Source: Takakia lepidozioides (Eukaryota > Plantae > Bryophyta). From it: 64,000 nt of DNA. Below, piece by piece: positions 1 through 13,151 of this stretch. The notes under the pieces were generated by a model. It was not told where the DNA came from. It did not search any database and saw only the letters and a program-made list of their open reading frames with translations. A program made the position numbers and the translations under genes. Position 1 is the stretch's first letter. Each line of letters starts with the position of its first letter. Location: positions 8,866,001 to 8,930,000 of the forward strand of contig CM060734.1 of assembly GCA_030704615.1 (NCBI GenBank). Reading direction: 5' to 3'.

Positions 1-733
1 TTCGAGGACACTGCCCTTACACATAGTCCCCTCTAGTCCCCTCTACATAGTGCACAATAAAATTTAATAGTCTGGCGTCTGCACTATATAGAGCTTTCTA
101 CGCTGTGCCACCATAACATGGCCCATTTTCCAGCCAGACAGTTGACTTTTCGACTAGCCAGGCGGAGAATTTTCACTTTAGCCAATGGCCAGCTACATAC
201 ATAGTTACATAGACATAGTGAGATCCTATCTTCATAGCTCTCCCTGCACAACCTGGGTTGCTGGAAACTTCCTGATAGGGGGGCCACACATGACGGATGC
301 ATCCTCAAAACGCTGTTCCCCATAACGCTGGGCGTTGGCGCGCTGCGGTGTCAGGCCCTCCCCATACATCCGCCACCACGCTCCACGCAGTTCTTCGACG
401 TCCAAGAAATTGCGTTATGCAGATGGAGCGACGTCCCGTGGATGGTGCGGCCAATATTGGGCTGCCACGAGCACTCATGTGAGCGTCGAGAGCATGTTAT
501 GCTTGCCGTGAAACCATTTTCTACCCGCATCCATCTGGGCCGTCGATCCGGACCGCATCCATGCCGTTCAAACCGGGCCCCACCAGCAAACGTTGGGGCT
601 GGATGGGGCTGGTGTGGCCGCTCCACTCCCAACGTTGGCAACTGCGTCCTGCTAACACATTGGAGGCATGTGTGGCCTGGGTATCTGGAGAGTCCTGGAA
701 AACCGGAGCTATGGAGGGCCAATAAACAATGTT

Positions 734-1174
734 GAGCATCTCCAACAGTGCCCCACCAAGCTGCTCATGGCGTGGAGTTTGGTGTGGAGTTTGGCTCACG
801 GCGTGAAGTTTGGCGAAAGGACGTCCACCGGGGTCACGCTAAATCCAGCGCCAATGTGGGTTGGCTAGTCTGCGGAAGCCACGTGGTGGCTCCAGGCCGC
901 GCCACACCTGCTACTCCTATCCCAAAAGCAAGAGCGCGCGTTCTTCATAATTCTGCACAACGTGCACGCATTAGACTTGCTCCCAGTGCTTGGGCATGCA
1001 CATGCACGCTTGGCGGAGGTTTGGCGAGGTACGCCAAAGATGTAAAATATGGCATACCCCCTTCCCTGCCCTTGGCGTAGGTCCCTCCATGCCAAATATA
1101 GTGTTGGCTGGGTGCAGTGGGTCACGATCCGGAAACGTTGGAAATGGCATGGCGTACCTGTGTTGGGGGTGCTC
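734..1174. mobile_element. Possible Tourist/PIF-Harbinger-like MITE
   Basis: Imperfect TIRs GAGCATCTCCAACA (734) and TGTTGGGGGTGCTC (1161-1174), resembling the plant Tourist TIR. TTA follows the right end, but the left TSD is not clean. Confidence 0.3.
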
Positions 1175-1350
1175 TTAGACACCCAAGAGAACCTACCAAA
1201 GCCATCCCACTCGAAGTCAATTTCTCCCCACACCTTCAACTCTATATTTGACTGAAATTTCATATCTTCTTGGGAAAACCATCCAAAGCGTACACTTATC
1301 TTCTAATACGGGGTAGGCCTAATGCTAATAATGTAACACATGGTCACGAC

Positions 1351-2289
1351 CAGTGTTGTGTGGGTATATTGTTTTAGACATACCCTCGGGGTCCGCGTAA
1401 GAAGAAAATATATTTTGTCTTACCCTCCGGGTCCGGGTATACTATATTTTCAAATTATATTTACCCTCCAGGTACGGGTATAGTACTGCTGGTAGAATCT
1501 GAAGGGTATAAATAAATGTCGGGTATAGTTAAATAGGTATATTTCTATTGTTTATCCAGTTTATATATTCAAGATATATGAGTGATATATTCTATAATGC
1601 TTGCAATATGGATAAAATAATCGAGTGGTAACCTACGTACCAAGAAACAACTTTGTAGATTTGTAGGACATGGACAACCAAGTTGTAGCCCAGTGGTAAT
1701 GGGCACATACCACCTCGGAAGTGGTTGTGGGTTTAATCCACCAATTGGTGTCACAAAGGTGTCCACCTTGGAAGGCAGTAATCCTTCGGGGTGAAGAGAC
1801 ACCATAATTTACGCTTCCTTCGGGAGGCGTCAAATATTAAATATTAATTGTAGGACATGGGGGGAGCTACTTTGGAAGCGCTACAAGAGGGGTTGGTTTG
1901 TAAGTGTCACAGAAGATTGAATACGCTTTGGCAAGGGAGGGTGGAGAGCGGTGGGGCCATCCATTACCAAGTGAGGTGGTTGAGTGGATTACCTATAGCA
2001 GAGTTAGAGCAAGGCTCAAGTCAACTGGAGAAAAGGTTAGGGTGAGATAATGATTTACCCGCCAGGCATATACCCTCTGAGTTAGCCTTTACTGTCCTCC
2101 GGGGCAGGGTATATCCACACCCTAAGACTCCGGCTATGTATAGGGTACGGGTAATTATCTACTAATTACCCTCCGATTATATTCTAATGGGGTGTGAGTA
2201 AAACCGCCGGGTCCGGTTATAGTTAAATGGTTATATCCTGATATACCCGGTGGGTATACCTGGGTATATGATATACCCGCACAACACTG
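1351..2289. mobile_element. hAT-type non-autonomous element/MITE (contains a SINE)
   Basis: TIRs CAGTGTTGTGTGGGTATAT and ATATACCCGCACAACACTG. 8-bp TSD GTCACGAC at 1343-1350 and 2290-2297. Many subterminal TACCC/GGGTA motifs. Confidence 0.85.
1673..1847 (+). mobile_element. tRNA-derived SINE, copy 1
   Basis: Pol III A-box TAGCCCAGTGG and B-box GGTTTAATCC. 3' stem-loop ACGCTTCC-TTCG-GGAGGCGT, then an (AATATTA)n tail. 12-bp TSD TTGTAGGACATG (1661-1672, 1848-1859). Homologous to 15192-15374 and 16748-16928. Confidence 0.85.
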
Positions 2290-2450
2290 GTCACGACCCA
2301 AGGCCCACCTAATGAAATATTTAGTCATCCTACAGTTTTGTTAGGTTTTTGCCTATGTATTTTAGGGACAGTTCTCAGGCAGAACTTTGACTGTCTCACA
2401 TAAGAGGACTTCGCGTTGTGTAAACTCTACCAACGAGTTGATGTTAGAAC

Positions 2451-3129
2451 CAGTGTTGGTCTGGTATCTAGGTTTCGCTGGGTATCAACCCGGGCATCAA
2501 CCCGAGTCTCTCCTAACCTAACCTACTGTTCTTTATTCCCGTAAACATTTGTAGTACCCTACCAGAAGGTTCTCGAGTTCCCTGGCGGCCCCCCAAACCC
2601 TAACAGGCGGCGGTTAGGGTTCTCCTTTCCCCGCCCCCTACCAGAGCTCGGCTCGTCGCTGCAGGTCTGTTCGGGTATCATGTTAATATGCACATATAGA
2701 CACTATATCTTGATATCATTGATCTGCATTTGCGAGACACTATGGATGCAATTCTGATTCAGTGTATAATTGTATGGGGGTAGATATCCTATGAGATGAG
2801 CAGGTTTCCCTTGTGGTTTTCTTGAATATTCAAATGGCCATTTGAATAGTTCAGATGGCCATTTCAATATTGAATTTCAATTTGAATACTAGTACCATCT
2901 TTATTTTGTTATTTTTTTAATACCATATCCGAGTTCATATTTCTAGGTTATTGACATTCAGATACCATTGCTCATATCCGGATTGATTTTTTTTTAAACC
3001 TCTCTATGCATACCAGATTCATACTTGAAAAAATTAGGGGCTACATTATTGGAAAACCTACCTGCCTTACGAAAATTCAGCACTACATACCAGGACCCTT
3101 TTGGTATTCAAGATACCAGACCAACACTG
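2451..3129. mobile_element. hAT-type MITE
   Basis: Perfect 19-bp TIR CAGTGTTGGTCTGGTATCT / AGATACCAGACCAACACTG. 8-bp TSD GTTAGAAC at 2443-2450 and 3130-3137. Confidence 0.9.
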
Positions 3130-5039
3130 GTTAGAACTTCACCCTGGGGTAATGTGCCCCTCATCAGGCCTTACAGCGGGTGAGAGCCTTAAGAGCACTG
3201 AGGTCTCGGGTTCTCACGGCCTGTAAAAGACCACATGAGGGGTGCCTTACCCTGTACAAAAGGTAGTTTAGTGAAAGCAACTACCTTCTAGGCAAGAGGC
3301 ACTCATTTCCAGCTGGCTTCATGTGCATTATTATTTTTGGTGCCTCTTCTATTTTAAGGGAATGCAGCCCATGTTCTTTCGGATTGGAGACATTGGATAC
3401 ACACGGTTTACACTAGACATAGGATGGGAGTTGAATGCGTGTGTGAGAGCGGGGCCCCGCTCGTGGGAGCCCTGCGGCCTTCGACGCTGCCGCAGGCTCC
3501 CTGTCAAATCCCCACCCTGCCTGGGCCCGCCCCGATGCCGCTCCCGCCCCCGGGACCCGCCGGGCCCTGCCCGCCAGCCCCCCTCCCCTCCCGCCTGGCC
3601 CGCCCTCGACCCCCCATCGGCTCCCCGTTCTCTCTGCTCTCCTGCTCCCCCCTACTGCGCTCCCCGTGTGCCCGCGCCCCGCTCTCTCTGCTCCCCTGTT
3701 CCCGCTCCCCTGCTGAGGTCTCCCGTGTGCCCGCGCCCTGCTCCCTCTGCTTCTCTGTTTCTACTCCCCGAGTGCGCTTCCCCGTGTCCACGCGCCTCGC
3801 TCTCTACTCCCTTGTTCCCACTCCCCTGCTGCGCACCCCCGGGTAGATGCATGGTTGGGTGGCTCCGAAATGGGGAATGCTAGATCGTGAGCAGTGCTCA
3901 CGTGAGCGCTGGATGGCTCAGGGTTTTTGAGAAAATATACTGCACCTATTTCCGCGGGTGGCACCTATAGCCGATGGTCAAATCATCCGTCGCTCATATT
4001 CCAACGCTCATTTATCATCCATGGCAACTAGCCCTAGTGCCATGCAAACATACTATCTCCTCTCGTTGAACATCGCGAGTTTAGCCAGTAGCAATAGAAT
4101 GGTGAGCACGAGGGGTGTGTTATCCAAGGGTGTGTCGTGGTATGCGTCAACGCACACCACAACTATTTGCAGAGATAGGATGAGATGACATAGGGTGCAG
4201 GGTAGGAAGGAGAGTATGACCATGTTGCATCGTCAGGAATAGATGAGAGACGGTCTTGTTGGTGGTGTGGTGGTCTTGTTTTCGAGCTTCAGGGCGTTCC
4301 GACGGTGTTCAAGGAACTTGCTATTGGCCTGCTGTCAAACCAAAGACCTATTTGCAATGCTTATCGGCCTGATAACAGGTTGTGTTATCCTGCAGTTACG
4401 TCAGACCGACAAGCATTGCAAACTAGCATTTGTTTTGCACTCCACCTGTTTGTGGTGATGATTGGACTCATCAGCACACCAGCTTTTTCAAATGCTCAAG
4501 CCTCTTCTCACCACATGGGCAGCAGAGATTCTTGAGAAGCAAAAGCACACCATTTGGGAAAGTTCCGACAGTAGCAGGAGGAGTCTTAGCAAGAGGAGTC
4601 GTACGTTCTGTTTTTCACTAGGAAGTGGTGTGCGTTGCCACACACCGTCTAAAGCCCTGTCAGATAGAAAGGAAAACACATTACATGTGCCTTTTTTGAA
4701 ACCAATCCAAATCCATTTTTATATGGACTAATTACCTTAGGAATTGAGAGCTATGAATGTCAGAGGACGGGCGGTCGAAGTACGAGTACCTATTCCCAAT
4801 GGATCTATATCCGTGGGAATAGGCATGTACAATTTGAAGAAAGAAGACCCCATTATGAAAGAAGAGCCCATGGCTTCAATGAATAAGTAGAACTGTAGAC
4901 TGCCGACCTATGCTGCATATTGCAAACAAGCCGACAAAGAATCCAAGGCCCTGACAATATAATTATACAATGAATCCAATCAACGGATTGAGTTACATAC
5001 ACATAGAACATAGAACAAGCAAGAATCACCATCTTAAAG

Positions 5040-5810
5040 CTGGAATCCACTGCAACGCGTCGAAGCACACCGTTCCTGCCCTAATCAAAAAGGTTTTTTT
5101 GGAGGTCTCTTCACACAACAAAAGAAAACGTGGAGGGTCCTTCAAAGACATTCAAGACATTGCAGAAATGGTGTGCTTCAAAGCACACTGTTTTTGCCCA
5201 ACCCAAAAGGCTCTTTTGAGGTATTTTCATACAACAGCAAAAAACATGGAGGGTACTTGAAAGTGATTGTTGTGGAGCAGAAAATGGTGTGCTTCAAAGC
5301 ACACCGATTCTGCCCCACCCAAAAGGCTCTTTTGAGGTATCTTCAGACAACAACAGAAAGCATGGAGGGTATTTGAAAATGATTGCTGTGGAGCAGAAAA
5401 TGGTGTGCTTCGAAGCACACCGTTTTTGCCCCACCCAAGAGGCTCTTTTTGAGGTCTCTTCCGACAGCAACATAAAGCATGTAGGGTACTTGAAAGGGAT
5501 TGAATACAAAGCAAAAATAGTGCATGTCAAAGCACACCGTTTCTGCCCCCAACAAAAGGCCCGAATTCGCTTGCAAATTATACGAGAACACAAAGCATGA
5601 AGGATCCTTGAAATGGGTTGAATACAATGCATAAATGGTACCAGAAAACACTGTAGAGATGGTGTGCACCACCGCACACCGTCTCAGCTCCCTGTCAAGG
5701 TTCCTTTTTGTTTGAAACTTTGAGTGGAAGCAAAGGCAGTGATTAGAAATGAAAGAGATTCGGAATGATGCAGAAATGGTGTGCGTCACCGCACACCGAT
5801 TCTGCTGTCT
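5040..5810. repeat. Degenerate ~116-bp tandem repeat (about 6-7 units) with a palindromic core
   Basis: AAATGGTGTGC-type starts recur at about 5166, 5282, 5398, 5516, 5658 and 5774. Core GGTGTGCTTC(G/A)AAGCACACC. Confidence 0.85.
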
Positions 5811-6656
5811 CATTCGCTTCAGTTCCTTTGAATGCGCAGGCATGAAAAGCAGTTATGTGTGCTCTTCATGTGGAAATGGGGTCAGGTAGAATGGTGTGAG
5901 TTGACGTTCACCGTTTTTCCAACCGACCAAGGGGGGGGGGGGAAGAAAGAATTCTTTTTTCTTTTTTGTAGGTGGGGGAGGCTGTCGCCTGGCCCAAGGC
6001 ATGTACTACCTGGAGAATTGCATTCCCTGGTGCTTCCTCCAAACCTGTGTCCCATGCTACTGTGTCTAGGACCTACTATGAGAGTAATAATTCCAAATTG
6101 GAATTGTTGTCTTGCTGGGTGAACTGTTGCTGGCCCTGTGTCACCTGCACCACTTGCTGCTGCTGTGAGGCTATGGCTTCTACCTCCCTTGCTTGTTGTG
6201 CGATCTCTGCAGGTGTTGCCTGCTGAACCTCCGTGTTGGCAGGTGTAGTCTCCATCAGGGATGCTTCGTTGGCCTGCTGCTCGTTTATGTTATAAAATCT
6301 TCTGGTTGTTGATTCTCTCCTTCTCTTTGCAGTGTAGAATCGGCCGTGGAGGTGAACAGTTCTTCCGCCATTGCGCTCGTCGTACCATCGTCTATTCGGG
6401 CCCTCTTTGCAAGTCCGCATTCTTCCTGCAATGGCTGTTCTTCCTCTTCCTGCCCTGCGGCTGTCTCACTTCCATCTTCCTCCAATGTTTCTGCTCGTTG
6501 CATGATTCCCAAAGTGGTATGTTCTTCTGGTATCAAGTGCACCATATGTCGGATCATTTGCAGAAGTATGGGAGTCACCATGGTTACAGTCGACTTGTTC
6601 TTCTTCTTCGTCAGTCGGGTCAATTATTGGATCAGCCTCTTCAACAAGAAGCCTAC

Positions 6657-9600
6657 TGTCGCGCACCTCACTTCGGTAAGCTCCCCCTCAAGTCATAGTT
6701 ACTCGCTTTGATGCGCGCGTCTGACTCCCAACCTGGCCGCCGGGCCAACTTGGAGCTTCGGCTGCTCACCGGGGCATAACGGTCCCCCTTTGTTCTCCCA
6801 AAGAACCCTCCACCGATTTGGAACCAGCGGGAATTCCCTTTGGTAGTTGGCAGTCCGGAACAGCTCCCCACTCTTTGGTCGCTTTCCGGCTCGCTCGCTT
6901 ACTCACTAGTTTTTGGTCACCAACGGGCTTGCACCGTTCTCGAGGTGACTACTCCCTATACTTCTGTAGTTGTCCGCGGGGGTTTCACAACCAGCCATGC
7001 CATTTTATGGCGAACCACCACGAAAACCCTCGACTCCCGGTGATGAGTTGCGGTGAGTCTTGGCCCACTCACCACGGCCCCTATGGACCGTGATGAGTCC
7101 CAAGACTCCCCACGACTCCCACCACGAGGTCTCCGCCCCCATGGTGAGTCCTATGCCACCCCCACTAAGTCCCGCTAAGCTACCACCACCCCTTGTGGAG
7201 CCACCCCCACCGCAACCCGGTGTGCGGGGCTCCACCTAGTGAGCGCCTCCGCTTCCCTGAGTGCCTTGGGCTCAAGGGTGCTTCAGCCCCCCATACCTAT
7301 CGCTGCCGCTGCCCCCACCACAGGGGCAGCCCCTCATGTGTCCCGACCCCCTGCCCTCAAGGCAAAGGGCCTACCAACAGGGAGTCGATGTCCTCATCGA
7401 CTTGTCCATTTTGTAGAAACGAACATCCAAGTTGTGGCGTCCCACATCAAGGAGTTTGTTTCCGTACCATGGCGTCCCATGGCAAAGAACCAAACCCCAC
7501 ACTTGACTCTACTCTCCACTAGCTAGTTCGGCCGACTTCCTCCAAGTCCCGGCCAAGGGTGGAGCCTCTCAAGCTCCTCCCAGTGCACTCTTCTTGGCCT
7601 TCTTCAAGGTCAAGGAACGATCCTCCCGAGGATCGAATCGCCTTACTGCAACAACATTGCTTGCGACCGCTCATGATGCCGCTTTTGGCATCACCTTGAG
7701 CAAGGGTTCACCTGGAACCCTCTTTGACTAGGAAGATAACCTTAAACCAACTGTGCGCCCCAATCACTACAATTGGGTCCGCCTTGGAATGCTGGCCTGA
7801 GGTACGGGAACACGTCGAAGCCGCACTACGACTTCATCCCGAGGCTACACGATTATAGTACGTGAACGGAAGCACGTAGCTTCCGTGTTAGCCCGCACTA
7901 CAAGGCAACCCCCTCGGTAGCGCAGTTATAGTATGCGCACGCGCCAGGTGCGCACTAGCACGTGAACTCCCAAAGAAGGCGCAAGTTTCTATGCCCCTTG
8001 GATGGGGGTCACCCGATTTCGGCACTACGCAAACACACGATTAACCCAATTTACCTCTCCCACTTTTATAAGCTAGCATGCATTCTACACACTAGCCAAC
8101 CATACCATGCACCATTCCAAACAAAATAGGAAGCACAACAGTTGGAAGCCATTTCATTTATAGCACGTTTTGTACAATACAAGTTTTTGCAATCGGATTC
8201 CTAAGCTAGCTAAGCCGGGCTAAGCATGCATTTCCTCCCCCACGCTCCAAGGTTGATGTCCCCATCAACACTTCTTTCGCTTTTGAGGTCGCCCTTCGAA
8301 AGCTGCAACCGCCTCGGATGCATTTCCCATTTCTGAGGCACGCACCCAAGATGCCTCCACATGATGATAGCCCTTCCATTTGACGAGATACTCCGTTTCT
8401 CGGTTCTTGAACCTCCTCGACTTAAGTATTGCCTCCACCTCGTACTCAGGTTCATTTTCATGATCCAACAGCATAGGTGGCGGACGCAACACTTGATGCC
8501 GATTCGGACGCGCTTCATCTTTGAAGTAAGGCTTCAAAAGGGAGACATGGAATACCGGGTGCACCTTGCTGTTTGCCGGCAGCTCCAATTCGTACACATC
8601 CTCATTCATAACCTTCCGAATGTGAAAGGGTCCCGTATACGGAGGTACGAACTTCGGACTCACTTCCGGAGGTAGTCGGAAATTCTTGATGTTCAACCAG
8701 ACCTCCGTGCCTGCCTCAAACTTCACTTCCCTCCGCTTCCGATTCGCCTGTTTTTCATACCGTTTCCTAGCTTTGGCAATGTTGTACTTTGCGAGCTTCA
8801 ACAAATGCTCGCGTTCTTCTAGTACCGCCGTTACTGCCGGTTCCTCAACGTCTTGGGCGCCCAACTTGTCGGCACCAGAGGTGCTTTTCCATAGACCAAT
8901 ACGAAAGGGGAAACTCTCGTTGTGGAGTGTTCTGTGTTATTATAACAGAACTCTGTCGCGTCTAAGTGTTCCACCCAGTCTGTTTGGTCTGCCAACACGT
9001 AATTCCGCAAGATCTGCTTCACTACGGAATTCACTCTTTCTGTTTGGCCGTCGGTCGTAGGTCGGAAGGCGGTGCTCATCTTCAGCCTCGTCCCCATCTT
9101 CTTCCAAAGTGCCCTCCAAAATTTACTCGTAAACTTTGGATCGCGGTCCGAGACAATATCCCTCGGGACTCCATGATGCTTTAAGACGTGGGCGAAGTAA
9201 AGTCGCCCTGTTTCCTGCGCCGTAGCCGTCTCCTTGGTGGGGATGAAATGACCCATTTTACTGAACCTATCCACCACCACCATGATTGCATCGAATCCTT
9301 TTGACAGCGGCATAACAGTCATGAAATCCATCGAGACGCTTTCCCAAGTCCCCTCTGGAATCGGCAAGGGTTGTAACAGCCCGCTTGCTTTTTGTACTCG
9401 CTCCGGTTTTGTTGGCATGTGGTGCATGTCTTGACATACTCCTCTGCCTCCTCCCTCAGTTTGGGCCAGAAATACTCTTTCTTCAAGAGTGCCGCAGTGC
9501 GCTTGGCTCCGCCGTGGCCCGCAAGTGGGCTATCATGGCATTCTCTCAAGAGGCTATCTCTGATCCCTCCCTTCGGCATGTAGAGACGTTTTTGCTTATA

Positions 9601-12600
9601 CCGGAGCAGTCCATTTTGCAAGTGGAACTGCGATTTAACCCCCATCCTCAAGTCCTGCATCACGGACTTCACCAGCTCATTCCGGCAAGCCTTTGGATCT
9701 TCCTTTGGAGCGCCGTCTCGCCCTTGTACACCAACAAGAGCTGCTGCTTTCTACTTAAAGCATCGGCCACCACGTTGTCTCGTCCCGGTTGTACTGGATA
9801 TCCACGTCGAACACCGCCAAAGTATCTTGCCACCTAAGCTGTTTTGGGGACAACTTGGGCTGTGTGGCAAAATACTTCACCATGACATTGTCCGTGAACA
9901 CCTTCACTGGGTTGGAACCAACATAGTGGCGCCAAAGCTCAAGACAGTGCACCACCGCCTTCATCTCTTTCTCATGCGTCGGCCACCGTCGCTCCACTTC
10001 ATTCAGTTTCTTACTTTCGTAAGCCACTGGACGTCCATCTTGCATCAGTGTACCCCCAATTGCGAAGTCCGACGCATCTGTATGTATCTCGAACGAACGA
10101 TCGAACTCCGGGATTTTCAAGACTGGAGCTTCCGCCATCCGCTGCTTCAATTCAGCAAAAGCTTGGCCACAAAAGGTGTTCCATGCCCAGACTTTAGATT
10201 TACACAGAAGGTCTGACAGTGGACCCGCGATTTTGGCAAAATTTCTCACATACTTCCAGTAATAGGAGGCGAGTCCTAGGAAGGATCGCACTCCCGGGAC
10301 CGAAGTCGGAGGATCCCAGTCCAAAATTGCCCTCACCTTTCTGTCATCCATTTTGATCCCATCCTGTGTAATCACATGCCCCAAGAACTCCACTTTCGTG
10401 ACCCCGAATTTGCACTTTGAAGCTTTGGCGTACAACTTCCCTTCCCGCAACTTTTGGAACACCCTTTTGAGGTGATCCAGGTGCTCCTCCTTTGTTTTCG
10501 AGTACACCAAGATGTCGTCGATGTACACGATCACAAAAGTCATCCAACCACTCCTGAAAAAGGCTGTTCATCAGCGTGCTAAAGGTCGCAGGTGCATTGG
10601 TGAGCCCAAAAGGCATCACCAAGAACTCATATGAACCATACCTTGTCCTACACGTGGTCTTCTCCTCATCTCCTTCCGCCACCCGAATTTGATGATAGCC
10701 GGAGCGCAAGTCGATCCGGCTGAAATACTTCGTTCCTGCCAAACGGTCAAAAAGGTCGTCGATCCTTGGCAAAGGGTACCGGTTTTTAATAGTCACCTTA
10801 TTCAAAGCCCTGTAATCGACACACATCCGCAGCGTCCCATCCTTCTTGTCTGCGAATAGCACCGGGGCTCTGTAAGGTGACTTACTCGGCCGGATGTACC
10901 CCTTTGACATTAGATCCTTGAGCTAAGTCTTCAGCTCGACCAACTCCCTGTGGCTCAACCGGTAGGTTGCCTTGGCAGGCGGTTCCGATCCCGGTATCAT
11001 CTCAATCTTGTGGTCAACTCCTCTTCGCGGTGGCAAGCCGCTTGGTAAATCCTTCGGCATCACATCCTGGTATTTCTCCAAAATCCCCTTGATCCAATCT
11101 GGGCTCGGCTCCCCATCGCCTTCTCCTTTCACTTCTCTAATGTAAAGCAAAAACTGGGGCTCGTGTGCCTCCTCCACGGCCCACTCCCTTGCTGACAGAA
11201 GGTTTATTCGCCCTCCCACGGATTTGGGCGTTTCCGACACTCGTAAGACCTCGCCACCATTCCCACATGGCAGCGTGACTACTCTCTTGCGGCCATCTAT
11301 GACCACTCCGGATTTGCTCAAAAAGGTCATCCCCCAAAATGAGATCCACTCCATCGATCTCGCAGATGGTGAAGTTCTCACGTCCCTCCCAACTCCCCAG
11401 TTGAAGAGGAACATCAAACGCCAACCTTGTCGCCATCTGTGGTTCTCCTTTGGCAGAATGCACCTCAATAGAGGCCCCCACGTCACTTGTTGGGAGTCCC
11501 AACTTTCGCGCCGCCGCCGGCGTCATGAAGGAGTGCGACGCTCCTGTGTCCACCAACAACGACACGTTAGTTCCGGATATTATCCCATCCACGAACAATA
11601 ACTGACTCCCTTTACGCAGGGCGCCAATTTCCTGATACAACTCACAAGAATAGTTGCCTACCTTGCAAGTCCTGGCGACCACCGCTTCCACCAAGCGACT
11701 GATGGTATCTTCCGACAGCTCCGTGGTTGCCCGAGTCATGTTCAATTGTCGAGGTTTCGTGCACTTCTTGGCCATGTGCCCTCATCTTGTCTCGGGCAAG
11801 CTAGGACGCGTTGAGAGGCACAAACTGTCTCTTCATCAATTCCTTGAACCCACTCCAGTTCAAGGTTTCCGGGCTTGGACCTCGGTCATGAAGGCGTTTC
11901 TGCCACCATTGTTGAGCATAGCCCCTCAAATAGGTGGGAGCCACTTCCACCCGATCCTCGTCACTCAGCTTGGCCGCCCGGAAGTACTGCTCTAGCTCCA
12001 AGAGCCAGGAGTTGAGTGCCTTCCGATTTCGGACGCCCTCAAAGGTGCCGGGTTCCTTAGGCTTCACCTTAAACTTTGCCTTAGCGGAAGTGGCATTAGC
12101 CGCCTTCAACACGTCTTTCAACGTCCCGCCAAACTGCGCCAACAACCCTTCCCAAAAAGCTGCCGGCATGGGAGGCATCTGTTGGTCTGTCGGAGCTCTC
12201 AGGGATTCCTCGGGCTCCGACTCCTCTGATTCCTCCCGCTCTTGAGTGGCCTCGTTTTCAGAAAACCTGCGTCGCTTCCTCAAACGGCCGCTTCGGTGAC
12301 ACGTCGCCCCCATCGGGCTCACCGGGATCATCATCTTTTGGGCCATTCCGTTTTCGCTTTGGCTTGCCCGACCCCATGATGAGGCCAATCCCAAGGACGA
12401 TTGCGTACTGAACTCTAAGCTCTGATACCAAGTGTCGCGCACCTCACTTCGGTAAGCTCCCCTCAAGTCATAGTTACTCGCTTTGATGCGCGCGCCTGAC
12501 TCCCAACCTGGCCGCCGGCCAACTTGGAGCTTCGGCTGCTCACCGGGGCATAATGGTCCTCCTTTGTTCTCCCAAAGAACCCTCCACCGATTTGGAACCA

Positions 12601-13151
12601 GCGGGAATTCCCTTGGTAGTTGGCAGTCCGGAACAGCTCCCCACTCTTTGGTCGCTTTCCGGCTCGCTCGCTTACTCACTAGTTTTTGGTCACCAACGGG
12701 CTTGCACCGTTCTCGAGGTGACTACTCCCTATACTTCTGTAGTTGTCCGCGGGGGGTTTCACAACCAGCCATGCCATTTTATGGCGAACCACCACGAAAA
12801 CCCTCGACTCCCGGTGATGAGTTGCGGTGAGTCTTGGCCCACTCACCACGGCCCCTATGGACCGTGATGAGTCCCAAGACTCCCCACGACTCCCACCACG
12901 AGGTCTCCGCCCCCATGGTGAGTCCTATGCCACCCCCACTAAGTCCCGCTAAGCTACCACCACCCCTTGTGGAGCCACCCCACCGCAACCCGGTGTGCAG
13001 GGCTCCACCTAGTGAGCGCCTCCGCTTCCCTGAGTGCCTTGGGCACTCAAGGGTGCTTCAGCCCCCCATACCTATCGCTGCCGCTGCCCCCACCACAGGG
13101 GCAGCCCCTCATGTGTCCCGACCCCCTGCCCTCAAGGCAAAGGGCCGCGAC
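6657..13151 (-). mobile_element. Galadriel-like chromovirus LTR retrotransposon, copy E1
   Basis: LTRs 6657-~7370 and 12433-13151 (TGTCGCG...CGCGAC). PBS-Met TGGTATCAGAGC at 12430-12419. gag (KPKEPGTFEG..WLLELEQYF), protease LVDTGASH, RT YIDD, RNaseH HTDASDFAIGG, integrase SMDF/DRDPKF, chromodomain EYEVEAIL..EYLVKWKGY. About 440 bp of gag is deleted at ~11780, and the 3' LTR/PPT junction is deleted at ~7370. Confidence 0.95.
8265..12330 (-). pseudogene. gag-pol of E1 (frameshifted), C-terminal chromodomain
   Basis: ORF pieces 11801-12330, 11137-11775, 10344-10910, 9755-10543, 9319-9672, 8831-9427 and 8265-8864 run in gag-PR-RT-RH-IN-chromo order. Confidence 0.9.

Noticed and set aside
1673-1750. 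tRNA gene
   Set aside because: It has A and B boxes but no convincing cloverleaf. It continues into a shared body and tail with a TSD, so it is a SINE head.
3323-3883. Pro-rich ORFs of 140-186 aa
   Set aside because: These are by-products of C-rich low-complexity sequence with no recognisable domain.
5040-5810. Palindromic repeats at regular spacing resembling a CRISPR array
   Set aside because: The intervening sequences are homologous to each other (whole-unit tandem repeat), there are no cas genes, and the context is eukaryotic.
7000-7130. Hammerhead ribozyme in the chromovirus LTR (GTGATGAGTC motifs)
   Set aside because: It lacks the CTGATGA core with a correctly placed GAAA after stem II.
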